NCBI GenBank assembly: GCA_964461855.1
Contig: CAYWWT010000001.1
Span: forward strand, 1-45,218
DNA: 45,218 nucleotides
Origin: an uncultured Rhizobium sp.
GTDB lineage: Bacteria; Pseudomonadota; Alphaproteobacteria; Micropepsales; Micropepsaceae
Reading direction: 5' to 3'
The notes beneath the pieces are model-generated. The model did no database searches. It was not told where the DNA came from and saw nothing but the letters and a program-made list of their open reading frames with translations. This document shows, in pieces, positions 19,301 to 27,288 of the stretch. Each line of letters begins with the position of its first letter. Position 1 is the first letter of the stretch. The position numbers were made by a program, and so were the translations under genes.

Positions 19301-22074
19301 GCCGCGCACGCCAATCCGACGACATCCCCGGCTGGGAAGACAACGCTGGCGGAAGCCATCGTGAAACAGGCGGCGCTGATCGCAGCAATCGAGAAGGCGC
19401 TGAGCCCGCCGCCCGCTCCGAAGGCCTAGATCAAACCGAAGTCCCTGGCACCGCGGAAGTCACGCGCGAAGAAATGCGCGCGCGCCAGGCGCGGCGTGAC
19501 GCGGAAGAGCGCCAGCAAAATCCGCGCACCTATTCCGGCAAGGCCCAGAAGGATCACGCGGAGGATGGCCTATTCGCGGATCAGTCCGAGAAAGCCCAGT
19601 CCGACATGTTCGGCGGCACCGCCGAAGAGAAATCTGCCGCCAGCACCTTGCGCGACAAGTTTTTTTCCAACCCCGCCGGTGATCCCGAGGCTTGGCGCGA
19701 GCTGGGCCGTACCCTGGCTCATGCGTTTGGCTGGGTGAAGGAAGAGGCGCAAGCCTGGGCGCGGCATCTGGAAAGCATGACGGCATCGTTTCCGAAGCTA
19801 GAAATGGGCGGTGCCAACAAGCTCGATAGGGCCTGGAAAGCCACCTATCCGATGCGCCGCTGGTTGGAAATTGCGTCCTACAGCAATGACGGGCGCCTGC
19901 GCTCAATGTCGTCGCGGTTCAAGTCTCCGGTGGCGCGCGAAATTGCCGACATGTTCTTTGCCGCGCCGCGTGGCGGGCGCGAAGGTGCGGTCGGCAAGGA
20001 CTATTTCCAGGCTATCAGCGAGCGCCGGGGGCGGTGGCTCAATCAGATCGAAGATGCCTTCGGCCCGCTGGAAAAGATGACGGACAAGCAAAAGGGCGAA
20101 GCCCTCAACCAGATCGGCCGGCTGGTACAGAACCCCGGCGCCATTAAGCGCGGCACGCCTATCCATGATGCCGCCGCTGAAATCGGCCGCATCCTCAAGG
20201 AAGCGCTGGCTTATCAGCGCGCCGCCGGCGTGGATATTGGCGAAGTGAAGCGCGGCTATCTCCCCCGCGTGGAAAATACCGACGCCATCATGGCGAACCC
20301 GGAGAAGTTCAAGGCGGCCGCTGTGAAGGCTTATGTCTCGGACGGCGTGCCGCTGAAGGAGGCCAAAGCTGCCTCCGAAGAATGGCTGCAGCGGGTGCTG
20401 CTGGGCGATCTGGGCGTCCACCATGACGGCAACGATTTCTTCGACCGTGGCGGCAGCAACACGTCCGCCACCAAAAGTCGTGTGCTGTCGAAGAAAGCCG
20501 ACGACATCATGGGCGATTTCTTCCTGCACAACCCCGCCGAAATTCTGCCGGCCTATATCGGGCGGGCGGTTCAGCGCGCCGAATGGTCCCGCCGCTTCGG
20601 TCTGAGGGACAAAGGCGCACGGCCGCCACGCGGCGTCGATGCCGCCGAGTGGGCGGCCGATCCGGACGGCAAGTGGAAAGACCTAAAACAGCGCTTGATC
20701 GATGAAGGCAATGGCAAGCTGGTCCCCGATATTGTCCGCATCATCAAGTCGATGACCGGAAACATGGGCGGCAAGTGGGCGATCTCCGGTTCCGGCCGCG
20801 GTGCCATCAATTTCGCCCGCACATGGTCAGCCCTCACCTATCTGCCGCGCGCGGTCTTCGCGTCGCTGTCCGAGCCCATGAACATCGCCCTGCGCACCGG
20901 AAACACGCTGGATGCGGGTCGGGCTTACGTTCACACCCTGCAGCACTGGCTTCCCATCGTCCGCAAGGCGGCAGGGCCGACCTATCTGCGCGAATTGGCG
21001 CACGATCTGGGTTTCATTGGCGAGGCCATCGACAATCTCACCATGCTGCAGCGCGTGGGATCAGAGGAAACCGGAAATTTCTCGCGCAAAATCCAGTCGC
21101 AGTTTTTCAAGCGCACAGGTTTGACGCAGCTTACCGAAGCCAACCGCATGGCGGCCGTCCAGATCGGGCAGACCTTCATTCGACGCCTGGCCAGCGATGT
21201 CGCCAACAAGAGCCATTACGACACCATCGCCCGGCGGATGTTGGCGGAGCTTGGCGTCACCAAGGCCGATGATTTCGCCAAGTTCGTGATGGCGCTCGAC
21301 AAGCCGAAGGCGGCCGACATTTTACAGGGCGGCGAACTGGGTGACGCCTATCACACCGCCCTGGGCCGCTTCGTCTCCCAGACCGTGATGGCGCCAAGCG
21401 GCGCGGTGCGATCCTACTTCGCACAGCACCCTCTGGGCGGGCTGATCTACAACCTTCAGTCCTTCAACTATGCCTTCCAGAAAAACGTGCTGAACCGTAT
21501 CGGCGCCATGACGAAAGACGCGGTGAACCCGAAATCAGGCCTGAATGCTCATGAACGCGCCTATGCGCTGATGCCACTGTTGAATGTGGTGCCGCTGCTG
21601 ATGGTGACGTATGGCATTGGTGAAATTCGCGATGCCCTGTTCCAGGACCCGGCCCGCGCCGGCCAGCCGCCCATGGATTTCGCCGCCAAGGCGAAGCGCG
21701 CCGTCTCGCGTGCCGGTATCACCGGCGCCATGGACATGCCCTATAACGCCGTCACCGGCGCCCGCTACCAGCGCGACCCCTTGACGGCCCTGCTGGGGCC
21801 GATTGTGGGCGGGGGCGATACGCTGGTTGGCGACGCCCTGAATGCCAACAGCGACCGCAACTCCCCAAACACCAACACCTTCGAGCGCAAGGCAATGAAG
21901 GACGTGTACAGCATGATCGTCCAGCCCACGCTGGAAGCCGGCGCCCTGGTAGCGGCACCCGAGACGACCGCGCTTGGCTTCGGTCTTGGGACAGTGGGCA
22001 TGTATGGCCTTTCCCATCCGGCGGCGCGGGAGACCTTCGTGCGCTCGCTCTATGGCCCACCGGAGACGCCGTGA
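16318..22074 (+). CDS. Giant internal virion / DNA-ejection protein (1918 aa, multidomain)
   Basis: Last large gene of the structural operon; hydrophobic Gly/Ala helices near both ends, charged disordered middle, helical C-terminal domain. Confidence 0.7.
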   Translation: MAPSLADMVFQPPAQPVGLTDAEMFGAAPAAPGGQPVGLSDAEMFGDAPTPPVESSTGGAFGRAAVRGALPAAGGMAGFGAGMVAAQPVLAPLAAMTGPAAPAVEGIGSFLAGLAGAYGGGALVRSGQDKIVRMLPEGVQRFLGQDAPQVQADTTQHPYATMAGDIAPNLLFMRPGFGARVAAPEGAPLAQRIFSHPVGAPAAGAGLGAAQEAVAEQVQEGKIDPKKVAIAAAGGALMSHETKLGAKVANAFPGVFQSWRAGRTGGVSDAGGTPPPPDTPPTPQEVEEFAASPEAAAFMRANGINHPDDPRIPQLLDRLAVRRPAEAASQRVPPQAQPEPAQVQAEREGIENGDIHPGFDSQAGRAPRAALPDQIPVTPAGQADTGDLGVRAGIDKFAAAAAGLPVVTEPQPTRMSEADIARSRAKMAGGTQNAAEPPPRLVTPQDRLPQTPEQVQGQRQAGEAFTAADAQRGRAGTVDTVDTQPAGRPEGVDATNVTLDDGFPVRVLKRTVKEVGGKHIDMAQVHRYDPRTGELDPEAVPYEVPARQLKTAAYAVDPRQAQDFHQRAQGPGNPEAERMPNEPVRRQQDQTYRATPEDNNADFPGATRPGPGDGEGPQGRSPLPEQPEGPHPGRQRPRSEEEAIRDFQARARDREGADYRSRRAEGARKEDAKASSIAAGLDAEGRFPVDDRGYVASDKGGPVRFADQKQAAKWIINEGHKKSADQIFEIENHPGGKGFTVHERGRAETTPPEHPSPNGFSPVAVKGGARAAEGGASPGASSPRAAPRRNSGTRGTLLDAIRAHGGIRDDRGDVAQIMRDYKNPRFKRKVVNPEGLPPDKMRERLQEEGWFGRHDDSGVAQETGAHGGDDVRDLYDLMDREARGDAVYHPDEAPTDREMTREAERIQDEEMNRAGVTENDTPQEIERKLADFRASETARFEEEAAKAKVIDEAVESLDSTDRENVDVEDYEPGADYGAEEETPGAGKKKPGGYESRARQSDDIPGWEDNAGGSHRETGGADRSNREGAEPAARSEGLDQTEVPGTAEVTREEMRARQARRDAEERQQNPRTYSGKAQKDHAEDGLFADQSEKAQSDMFGGTAEEKSAASTLRDKFFSNPAGDPEAWRELGRTLAHAFGWVKEEAQAWARHLESMTASFPKLEMGGANKLDRAWKATYPMRRWLEIASYSNDGRLRSMSSRFKSPVAREIADMFFAAPRGGREGAVGKDYFQAISERRGRWLNQIEDAFGPLEKMTDKQKGEALNQIGRLVQNPGAIKRGTPIHDAAAEIGRILKEALAYQRAAGVDIGEVKRGYLPRVENTDAIMANPEKFKAAAVKAYVSDGVPLKEAKAASEEWLQRVLLGDLGVHHDGNDFFDRGGSNTSATKSRVLSKKADDIMGDFFLHNPAEILPAYIGRAVQRAEWSRRFGLRDKGARPPRGVDAAEWAADPDGKWKDLKQRLIDEGNGKLVPDIVRIIKSMTGNMGGKWAISGSGRGAINFARTWSALTYLPRAVFASLSEPMNIALRTGNTLDAGRAYVHTLQHWLPIVRKAAGPTYLRELAHDLGFIGEAIDNLTMLQRVGSEETGNFSRKIQSQFFKRTGLTQLTEANRMAAVQIGQTFIRRLASDVANKSHYDTIARRMLAELGVTKADDFAKFVMALDKPKAADILQGGELGDAYHTALGRFVSQTVMAPSGAVRSYFAQHPLGGLIYNLQSFNYAFQKNVLNRIGAMTKDAVNPKSGLNAHERAYALMPLLNVVPLLMVTYGIGEIRDALFQDPARAGQPPMDFAAKAKRAVSRAGITGAMDMPYNAVTGARYQRDPLTALLGPIVGGGDTLVGDALNANSDRNSPNTNTFERKAMKDVYSMIVQPTLEAGALVAAPETTALGFGLGTVGMYGLSHPAARETFVRSLYGPPETP

Positions 22075-22253
22075 TGCCAGGGGCGAAAGACACACTGGCC
22101 TATCTCATCGCCATTCGTGACGGGGATGGTGTGAGCGATTTTCTCTGTGTGAAGACGCCCGATGGCTTTCACAAATTCCCGGTTGGGGAAGAGACGGTGA
22201 AGCGATTGGTGGCAGAAGGTGCGCAACGCCTTTGGGCTATTCCGCGCATTTAG
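22071..22253 (+). CDS. Small hypothetical protein
   Basis: 60 aa, GTGA-coupled to the giant gene. Confidence 0.45.
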   Translation: MMPGAKDTLAYLIAIRDGDGVSDFLCVKTPDGFHKFPVGEETVKRLVAEGAQRLWAIPRI

Positions 22254-22333
22254 CGCGCAAAACGCTCTTTGTTCATGTGTTTCAACAAAGAGACAAAACG
22301 TTCGATGCCATTGATTTTGCTGATCTAAAGTGA

Positions 22334-22381
22334 TGGCGCTCCCAAGGGGAATCGAACCCCTGTTTCAGCCTTGAGAGGGCC
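22334..22381 (-). mobile_element. attP core: 3' half of tRNA-Glu(CTC)
   Basis: Minus strand reads GGCCCT-CTC-AAGGCTGAAACAGGGGTTCGATTCCCCTTGGGAGCGCCA (anticodon loop, T-arm, acceptor strand, CCA). No 5' half is present. Lies in an AT-rich gap just downstream of the integrase. Confidence 0.9.
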
Positions 22382-22488
22382 TGCGTTGAATTTGTCGATC
22401 AACATGTTCTACAAGGCTTTAGCAGGAAATCGGCGTGCAAAAACGCGCATTGTTGAACATTATTTCGACAATTCTGCGCGGAATTACC

Positions 22489-22659
22489 TCAGTTCCGCTC
22501 CGTATTCCGCCCAAAAATAAGTCCGTCTGAACGAAGGATTTTCAGTCGATCTTCGATATCCTTAATGCATCCCCAGCAATCTCCGCCACAGTCGAGTGAT
22601 AACGGGTCTTTTGGTTGATCAAAAAGGCGTCCGCACAGCCGGCAATAGTTCTTGCTCAC
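22489..22659 (-). CDS. Small Cys-rich protein (CxxC...DCGGDCWGC)
   Basis: GTG overlaps the integrase TGA; 56 aa, MSKNYCRLCGRLFDQPKDPLSLDCGGDCWGC... Confidence 0.55.
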   Translation of the reverse strand: MSKNYCRLCGRLFDQPKDPLSLDCGGDCWGCIKDIEDRLKILRSDGLIFGRNTERN

Positions 22660-23765
22660 GCTTCGACCTTTCCGCCCTCTTCCGCCCCCGGAACCGGGAT
22701 GGCGATGTTCACAATCTCCGGGGACACCCGGTCGGCCACGTTGCGCAAGTGCGCCGGCGAGTGGTGGAGGTAATTGGTCGTCGCCGTCTGTACCGTGCAG
22801 CCCATGACGCCGGCAATCTCCCACATCGACGCCCCGCCCTGGGCGGCCCATGTGCCCCAGGTGTGCCGCAGGGTGTGCGGCGTCACGCCTGCCAGCTTCG
22901 CCCGCTTGGCGGTCTTGGCGAATGGCCTGGTGAGAACGGTCTTGTCGTCCAGAACATATTCCGACTTCTTTTCCCGATAGGCCCGTTCCAGGATGGGCAG
23001 CAGCCAGTCCGATATCGGCGCCAGCCCGCGGCGTTTCTTTGTCTCGGGCTCGCCCGGCCGGCGAAAGTCGATCACCCGGCTTTTCAGGTCCACTTGGAAC
23101 CACTTCAGCGTCTCGATAGCGCGGCGCCGCTTGGCGGTGGACAGGGCGATGGCGATCAGCCGGTACAATGGCGTCAGGCGGTTCGCCTGCCCCTGGGCGG
23201 CCTTCAGGAGCGTCTGAGCCTCTTCACGCTCCAAATAGCGGTCCTTGCCGGAATTGTGTTCTGGCAAGGCGATCACCGGCACATGCCGGTTTTCTATTTT
23301 GCGGTTCTTCACAGCGAAATTGGACGCCGCCACGAACGTCACCAGTTCGCGCCGGATGGTGGCGTCATTTACCTTCTCGCCGCGCGAACCACTTCCTGGG
23401 GGTGCCTTGCGGCGGGTCTGGCGGTACTTGGTGAAGTCGTCGCTGGCCAGTTCATCCATGAAGCGGTCTTCACCGATGATGGTGCGTACATAGGATAGCG
23501 CCCTGCGCTGGCGCTTCTTGTCGGTGACTTTTTCCTCGATGTGGTTGGTGTCGTAATAGTCGATCACCGCCCCGACCGTCATGCGTGTGCCAGCCTCGGC
23601 CACACGCTGCTGTTCGAGCAGGAAGCCGGCTAAGACTTTCTGAGCTTCTTGAAGATTTGCTGTCCGCGCTGAAGCGCGGTGCGAGCGGCCATTTTCTGTC
23701 CATGAGATATAATAGACCCCTGCACTGTTGGGGCGTAGCTTCGCACCGTGATTGGGTCTGGACAT
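22656..23765 (-). CDS. int: Tyrosine integrase
   Basis: Catalytic motifs TAKRRRAI (R), ETKK (K), HTLRHT (HxxR), late NYLH (Y); adjacent to attP. The usual second His (LGH) is replaced by MGC. Confidence 0.93.
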   Translation of the reverse strand: MSRPNHGAKLRPNSAGVYYISWTENGRSHRASARTANLQEAQKVLAGFLLEQQRVAEAGTRMTVGAVIDYYDTNHIEEKVTDKKRQRRALSYVRTIIGEDRFMDELASDDFTKYRQTRRKAPPGSGSRGEKVNDATIRRELVTFVAASNFAVKNRKIENRHVPVIALPEHNSGKDRYLEREEAQTLLKAAQGQANRLTPLYRLIAIALSTAKRRRAIETLKWFQVDLKSRVIDFRRPGEPETKKRRGLAPISDWLLPILERAYREKKSEYVLDDKTVLTRPFAKTAKRAKLAGVTPHTLRHTWGTWAAQGGASMWEIAGVMGCTVQTATTNYLHHSPAHLRNVADRVSPEIVNIAIPVPGAEEGGKVEA

Positions 23766-23998
23766 CTGGCTTTCCTGCGACTGGCGAGAAATTCGGTGAC
23801 TTCACTGAGACGAAAAAGCGTTGGGCTACCGCCGTGATCCGGCAAGCCTTGGGCCCTCCATCGTCGGATAGTGGCCTTAGACTTTTTCAGCCTAGCGGCG
23901 ATATCGTCGCTAGTGATGAAGTCGCTTAGGATTTCTGCAGGATCGCCATAATGCGCGAAACCTGATCCAGCGTGACGATTTGATTTATTCTTACCCAA
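23630..23998 (-). CDS. Excisionase-like winged-HTH ORF, start uncertain
   Basis: FITSDDIAARLKKSKATIRRWRAQGLP...LFRLSEVTEFL is a MerR/Xis-like HTH; overlaps the repressor 3' end and the integrase 5' end. Confidence 0.55.
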   Translation of the reverse strand: MGKNKSNRHAGSGFAHYGDPAEILSDFITSDDIAARLKKSKATIRRWRAQGLPDHGGSPTLFRLSEVTEFLASRRKARCPDPITVRSYAPTVQGSIISHGQKMAARTALQRGQQIFKKLRKS

Positions 23999-24372
23999 AC
24001 CATGCCCTCCGCTTCCGCCTGTTTAATTTCGAGGGCGGGCATAAGATCGGCGGTCTGCTGATCGACGCCGTAATGCGGAACGAGTTTGTCCGGCGTCGTG
24101 TCCAGGTATTCGCAGATTTCCTTGAGCCTGTCGTTATCTGGCAGCACGCGGCCCCGCGTGTAGCCGCTGATACTGTCGCGCCCGATGCCGGTTGCGTTTG
24201 CCACATCGATTTGGCGAACCCCCTTGTCGGCCATCGCTTTGCGAAAGCGCCTGCCGAATTCCAGGCGGATAGCCATCTTGGGCGGGACGATGCTGTTATC
24301 CTCAGCATCGGAAATATTCCCCTTTGGCACCGGGGCGAGCTTACGCGCTCCGGTCTTGCCTGCTTTAGCCAT
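23926..24372 (-). CDS. XRE-family phage repressor without S24 peptidase domain
   Basis: FGRRFRKAMADKGVRQIDVANATGIGRDSISGYTRGRVLP HTH; only about 45 aa after the HTH; divergent from the Cro-like gene. Confidence 0.85.
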   Translation of the reverse strand: MAKAGKTGARKLAPVPKGNISDAEDNSIVPPKMAIRLEFGRRFRKAMADKGVRQIDVANATGIGRDSISGYTRGRVLPDNDRLKEICEYLDTTPDKLVPHYGVDQQTADLMPALEIKQAEAEGMVWVRINQIVTLDQVSRIMAILQKS

Positions 24373-24419
24373 TTTTCCTTGAAATCCCTACTCACAGCCT
24401 CAGACCCCAAGATAGGAAT

Positions 24420-24550
24420 GGTTGGACATTTTGTCCATACCCCAACTTTGGGAGGCAAATCAATCAACATCTGTAGAATTTTTCTTCAACAAGGCGCTTG
24501 ACCGCCGGACAAAATGTCCATTACACCATGCATGTCGATCAACAAGACGG
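24420..24550. promoter_or_regulatory. Lysis-lysogeny switch region: operators and rightward promoter
   Basis: TGGACATTTTGTCCA at 24423; CGGACAAAATGTCCA at 24506, inside the spacer of TTGACC(24498)-N17-TTACAC; 18-bp motif at 24533. Confidence 0.75.
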
Positions 24551-24562
24551 TTCGCATTAAAC

Positions 24563-24856
24563 ATGGTCAATAAGAAGAACAGCGCGATTGCCGGATGCAG
24601 CCTCGACGTATCAGGCATCATCAAGTTTTTCGGCGGCCAGAAGCAAATGGTCCGCGACCTGGCGAAAGCCGGCATCATCGAAATCAGCACCAGCGCCATC
24701 GACAAGTGGCAGTGGCGCAATCAAATCCCGGGCGCCCGCTTGATGGACCTTCAGTCCCTCGCGGAGCTGCAGGGCAAGCAATTCAACATCAGTACCTATA
24801 TCCGCCGCCCGGTGAAAGCCGTGGCGAAGCCAGCCCCCAAGAAAAAGGCCGCCTAA
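24563..24856 (+). CDS. Cro-like HTH regulator
   Basis: IIKFFGGQKQM...ISTSAIDKWQWRNQIPGARL pattern; first gene of the rightward early operon. Confidence 0.75.
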   Translation: MVNKKNSAIAGCSLDVSGIIKFFGGQKQMVRDLAKAGIIEISTSAIDKWQWRNQIPGARLMDLQSLAELQGKQFNISTYIRRPVKAVAKPAPKKKAA

Positions 24857-24857
24857 C

Positions 24858-25307
24858 ATGTCGTTCAAAAACGCCAACCTTCCTTCTCTCTTTGCCGCGC
24901 GCGCCGCGCTTGTCGATGAACTGGATATCGCGCGCCGCACCTTCGATGCCACCCAGGCGCCGAAGGTGGAGCGCCTGAAAGAACTGGACACTGACATTGC
25001 CGCCATGGGCACGCCGCTGGCGCGCGCCGCCTATGAGAAGGAAGGCAAGCCGGACGGCACCGTTCGCTTTGCCAGTGGCGACAAGATTTTCAAGTCGGAA
25101 ATCAAGAAGACCGTCACCTATGACGGCGACGCGCTCATGGCAATTGCCGGCTCGATCCCGTGGGAAGAGGCGCGCACCATCTTCAAGTTCAAGGCCGATG
25201 TGCCCGAGAAGAATTTCAAGGCCCTCCCCGATGGACCGCTGAAGGACGCCATCATGGCGGCCCGCACCGCGCGATATTCCGAACCCAAGATCACCATCGA
25301 AGACTGA
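24858..25307 (+). CDS. Hypothetical protein of the recombination module
   Basis: 149 aa, coiled-coil N-terminus, precedes the Sak4-like ATPase. Confidence 0.6.
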   Translation: MSFKNANLPSLFAARAALVDELDIARRTFDATQAPKVERLKELDTDIAAMGTPLARAAYEKEGKPDGTVRFASGDKIFKSEIKKTVTYDGDALMAIAGSIPWEEARTIFKFKADVPEKNFKALPDGPLKDAIMAARTARYSEPKITIED

Positions 25308-25324
25308 TCCAGGAGAAATGCCAC

Positions 25325-26227
25325 ATGCTTAAGATCACCACCGCTGACGAACGCCTTGCCCGCGTCCCGCGCGCCAATATGTTCATCGCCGGCCCAAGCG
25401 GTATCGGCAAGACCACACTGGCGCGGACGCTGCCGGCCGCAGAAACCCTCTTTGTCGATCTGGAAGCCGGGACGCTGGCCCTGGCCGATTGGGGCGGCGA
25501 CATCATCGATGTGCGCAAGCAGGCGGCCGAGCTGGAAGTACATCCCTGGGAACTGGCGCGAGCGCTGGCCTGCGTCATGTGCGGCCCCGACCCGGCGGCG
25601 ACCAATCCCGAAGACCCCTACAGCCAGGCGTCTTATGACACCTATTGCCAGGCCATCGGCGGCCCGGAGGTCTTCGCCAAGTACAAGAACGTCTTCTGGG
25701 ACAGCGCGACCGTCGCGGTGCGCCACTCCTTCTCCTGGTGCCAGACCCAGCCTGAAGCCTTCAGCGAAAAGACCGGCAAGCCCGATACGCGCGGCGCCTA
25801 TGGCCTGCACGGCCGCGAAGTGGTGCGCTGGCTGACCACCATTCAGCACATCCAGGACAAGTCCACCATCGTCCTGTGTATCCTCAACTCGGAAACCGAC
25901 GATCTGCGCCGCGTCTCATATTCGCTGCAGCTCGACGGCGGCAAGGCCAAGGCCGAACTGCCCGGCATCTTCGACAACATCTTCACCCTGGCCAGCTTCC
26001 AGACCGAGGAAGGCACCGAATATCGCGCCCTGGTTTGCCATGGGCAGAACCAATGGGGCTATCCGGCCAAGGACCGCAGCGGTCGCCTGGACATGCTGGA
26101 ACCGCCGGACCTCGCGCACATCATCGCCAAGACCGCCGCCGGTCCCCGCACCGGCGAACTGGTGCGCTCGATGCCGGCGCAAAACGCCAATCCGAACGAC
26201 GCCACGGCAGAAGCCAAGGCCGCCTGA
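25325..26227 (+). CDS. Sak4-like / AAA_24-type ATPase (single-strand annealing recombinase)
   Basis: GPSGIGKTT, LFVDLEAG, FWDS, KPDTRGAYG, YPAKDRSGRL. ATG 25325 follows AGGAG. Confidence 0.85.
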   Translation: MLKITTADERLARVPRANMFIAGPSGIGKTTLARTLPAAETLFVDLEAGTLALADWGGDIIDVRKQAAELEVHPWELARALACVMCGPDPAATNPEDPYSQASYDTYCQAIGGPEVFAKYKNVFWDSATVAVRHSFSWCQTQPEAFSEKTGKPDTRGAYGLHGREVVRWLTTIQHIQDKSTIVLCILNSETDDLRRVSYSLQLDGGKAKAELPGIFDNIFTLASFQTEEGTEYRALVCHGQNQWGYPAKDRSGRLDMLEPPDLAHIIAKTAAGPRTGELVRSMPAQNANPNDATAEAKAA

Positions 26228-26261
26228 TCCACCCAAGCTGTAAATCGAAGGGACTAAAGAC

Positions 26262-27017
26262 ATGGAATTTTCACAAAAGTCTGGCGTGTCGTCGCCAACC
26301 GACCTGATCCCCAACGGCTTCCTGTGCTGGGCGATGCTCACGCATCGCGGCATGAAGGATAGCCAGTCCGGCGGCCGCTATGCCGATCTCGAATTCGTGG
26401 TGGCGGACAACCAGCCGCATGCCCGCCGCAAGTTCTGGGCGATGGTTGGCGATCCCGACTATGACGGCAACAGCGAGGGCTATCGCAATATGGGCATGGT
26501 GTCCCTGACGCGCATGGTCGAGGCCGCCGGCATCGTAGATCACAAGAACCCGGCCAGCTATGAACAGCTCAACGGCGCCACCTGCGATCAGGTGATGAAC
26601 ATGCTGGACGGCAAGTATGTCGCCGTCCGCATCAAGGTCGAGAAGGGCCAGGAAGGCTATTCCGACAAGAACACCGTGGGCGATTTCCTGACGCCCAACG
26701 AGCAGAGCAGCGGCCACAAGAACTTCGTCAAACTGTCGAATGGCGATCACGGCATCAGCAGCAATCCGGCCGCCCGTGGCGGCGCTGGTGCAGGCGGCTT
26801 TGGCGGCAATGCACGCCCCGCGCCATCCCACCAGCAGGCGGGCGGCGGCTTCGGCCGCCAGACGCAGCCGGCGGTCCAGCAGGGAGGCCAGGGCGGTGCC
26901 AAAGCCCCTTTGGCAGGCTCGACCCAAACGATGTCCCCTTCTAACCCTGGTGGCACCGGCGGCAGCAGTTTCAACCCAAATAAGGCACCCGCCTTCCTGG
27001 CCAACCACCAGCGGTAG
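26262..27017 (+). CDS. ssDNA-binding protein candidate
   Basis: LIPNG...RYADLEFVV...RIKVEKG...YSDKN fold plus a Gly/Gln-rich tail ending PAFL; follows Sak4. Confidence 0.7.
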   Translation: MEFSQKSGVSSPTDLIPNGFLCWAMLTHRGMKDSQSGGRYADLEFVVADNQPHARRKFWAMVGDPDYDGNSEGYRNMGMVSLTRMVEAAGIVDHKNPASYEQLNGATCDQVMNMLDGKYVAVRIKVEKGQEGYSDKNTVGDFLTPNEQSSGHKNFVKLSNGDHGISSNPAARGGAGAGGFGGNARPAPSHQQAGGGFGRQTQPAVQQGGQGGAKAPLAGSTQTMSPSNPGGTGGSSFNPNKAPAFLANHQR

Positions 27018-27023
27018 CGGATT

Positions 27024-27038
27024 GTTCTCCTAACGTTC
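27024..27038 (+). promoter_or_regulatory. Candidate alphaproteobacterial LexA (SOS) box
   Basis: GTTC-TCCTAAC-GTTC matches GTTC-N7-GTTC; lies in a 68-bp intergenic gap. Confidence 0.5.
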
Positions 27039-27085
27039 TAGGATTACCGTCTCAGGACACGGGCATAACAAGGGTGGGTTTAGGA

Positions 27086-27286
27086 ATGAAAGCCAGAGAT
27101 TACTGGATGGCGGCGCGCGCTTATCGGTCCGCGCCGGATGCCGAGGAAAAACACAAGGCGCGCGTGGCGCTGCTCAACCTGGCGTTGGCCAATGACGGCA
27201 TAGGGCGGCGCGCCGCGGCGCTGCTGCGTACCGAGGGGCTGGTCATCATCCGGCCGTCCATCCCCCTTCCTGCCAGGGCGCTTTAG
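27086..27286 (+). CDS. Small hypothetical protein
   Basis: 66 aa, helical; downstream of the LexA-like box. Confidence 0.55.
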   Translation: MKARDYWMAARAYRSAPDAEEKHKARVALLNLALANDGIGRRAAALLRTEGLVIIRPSIPLPARAL

Positions 27287-27288
27287 CC

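Noticed and set aside
22334-22381. Phage-encoded functional tRNA-Glu
   Set aside because: The D-arm and 5' acceptor strand are absent; it is an att core.
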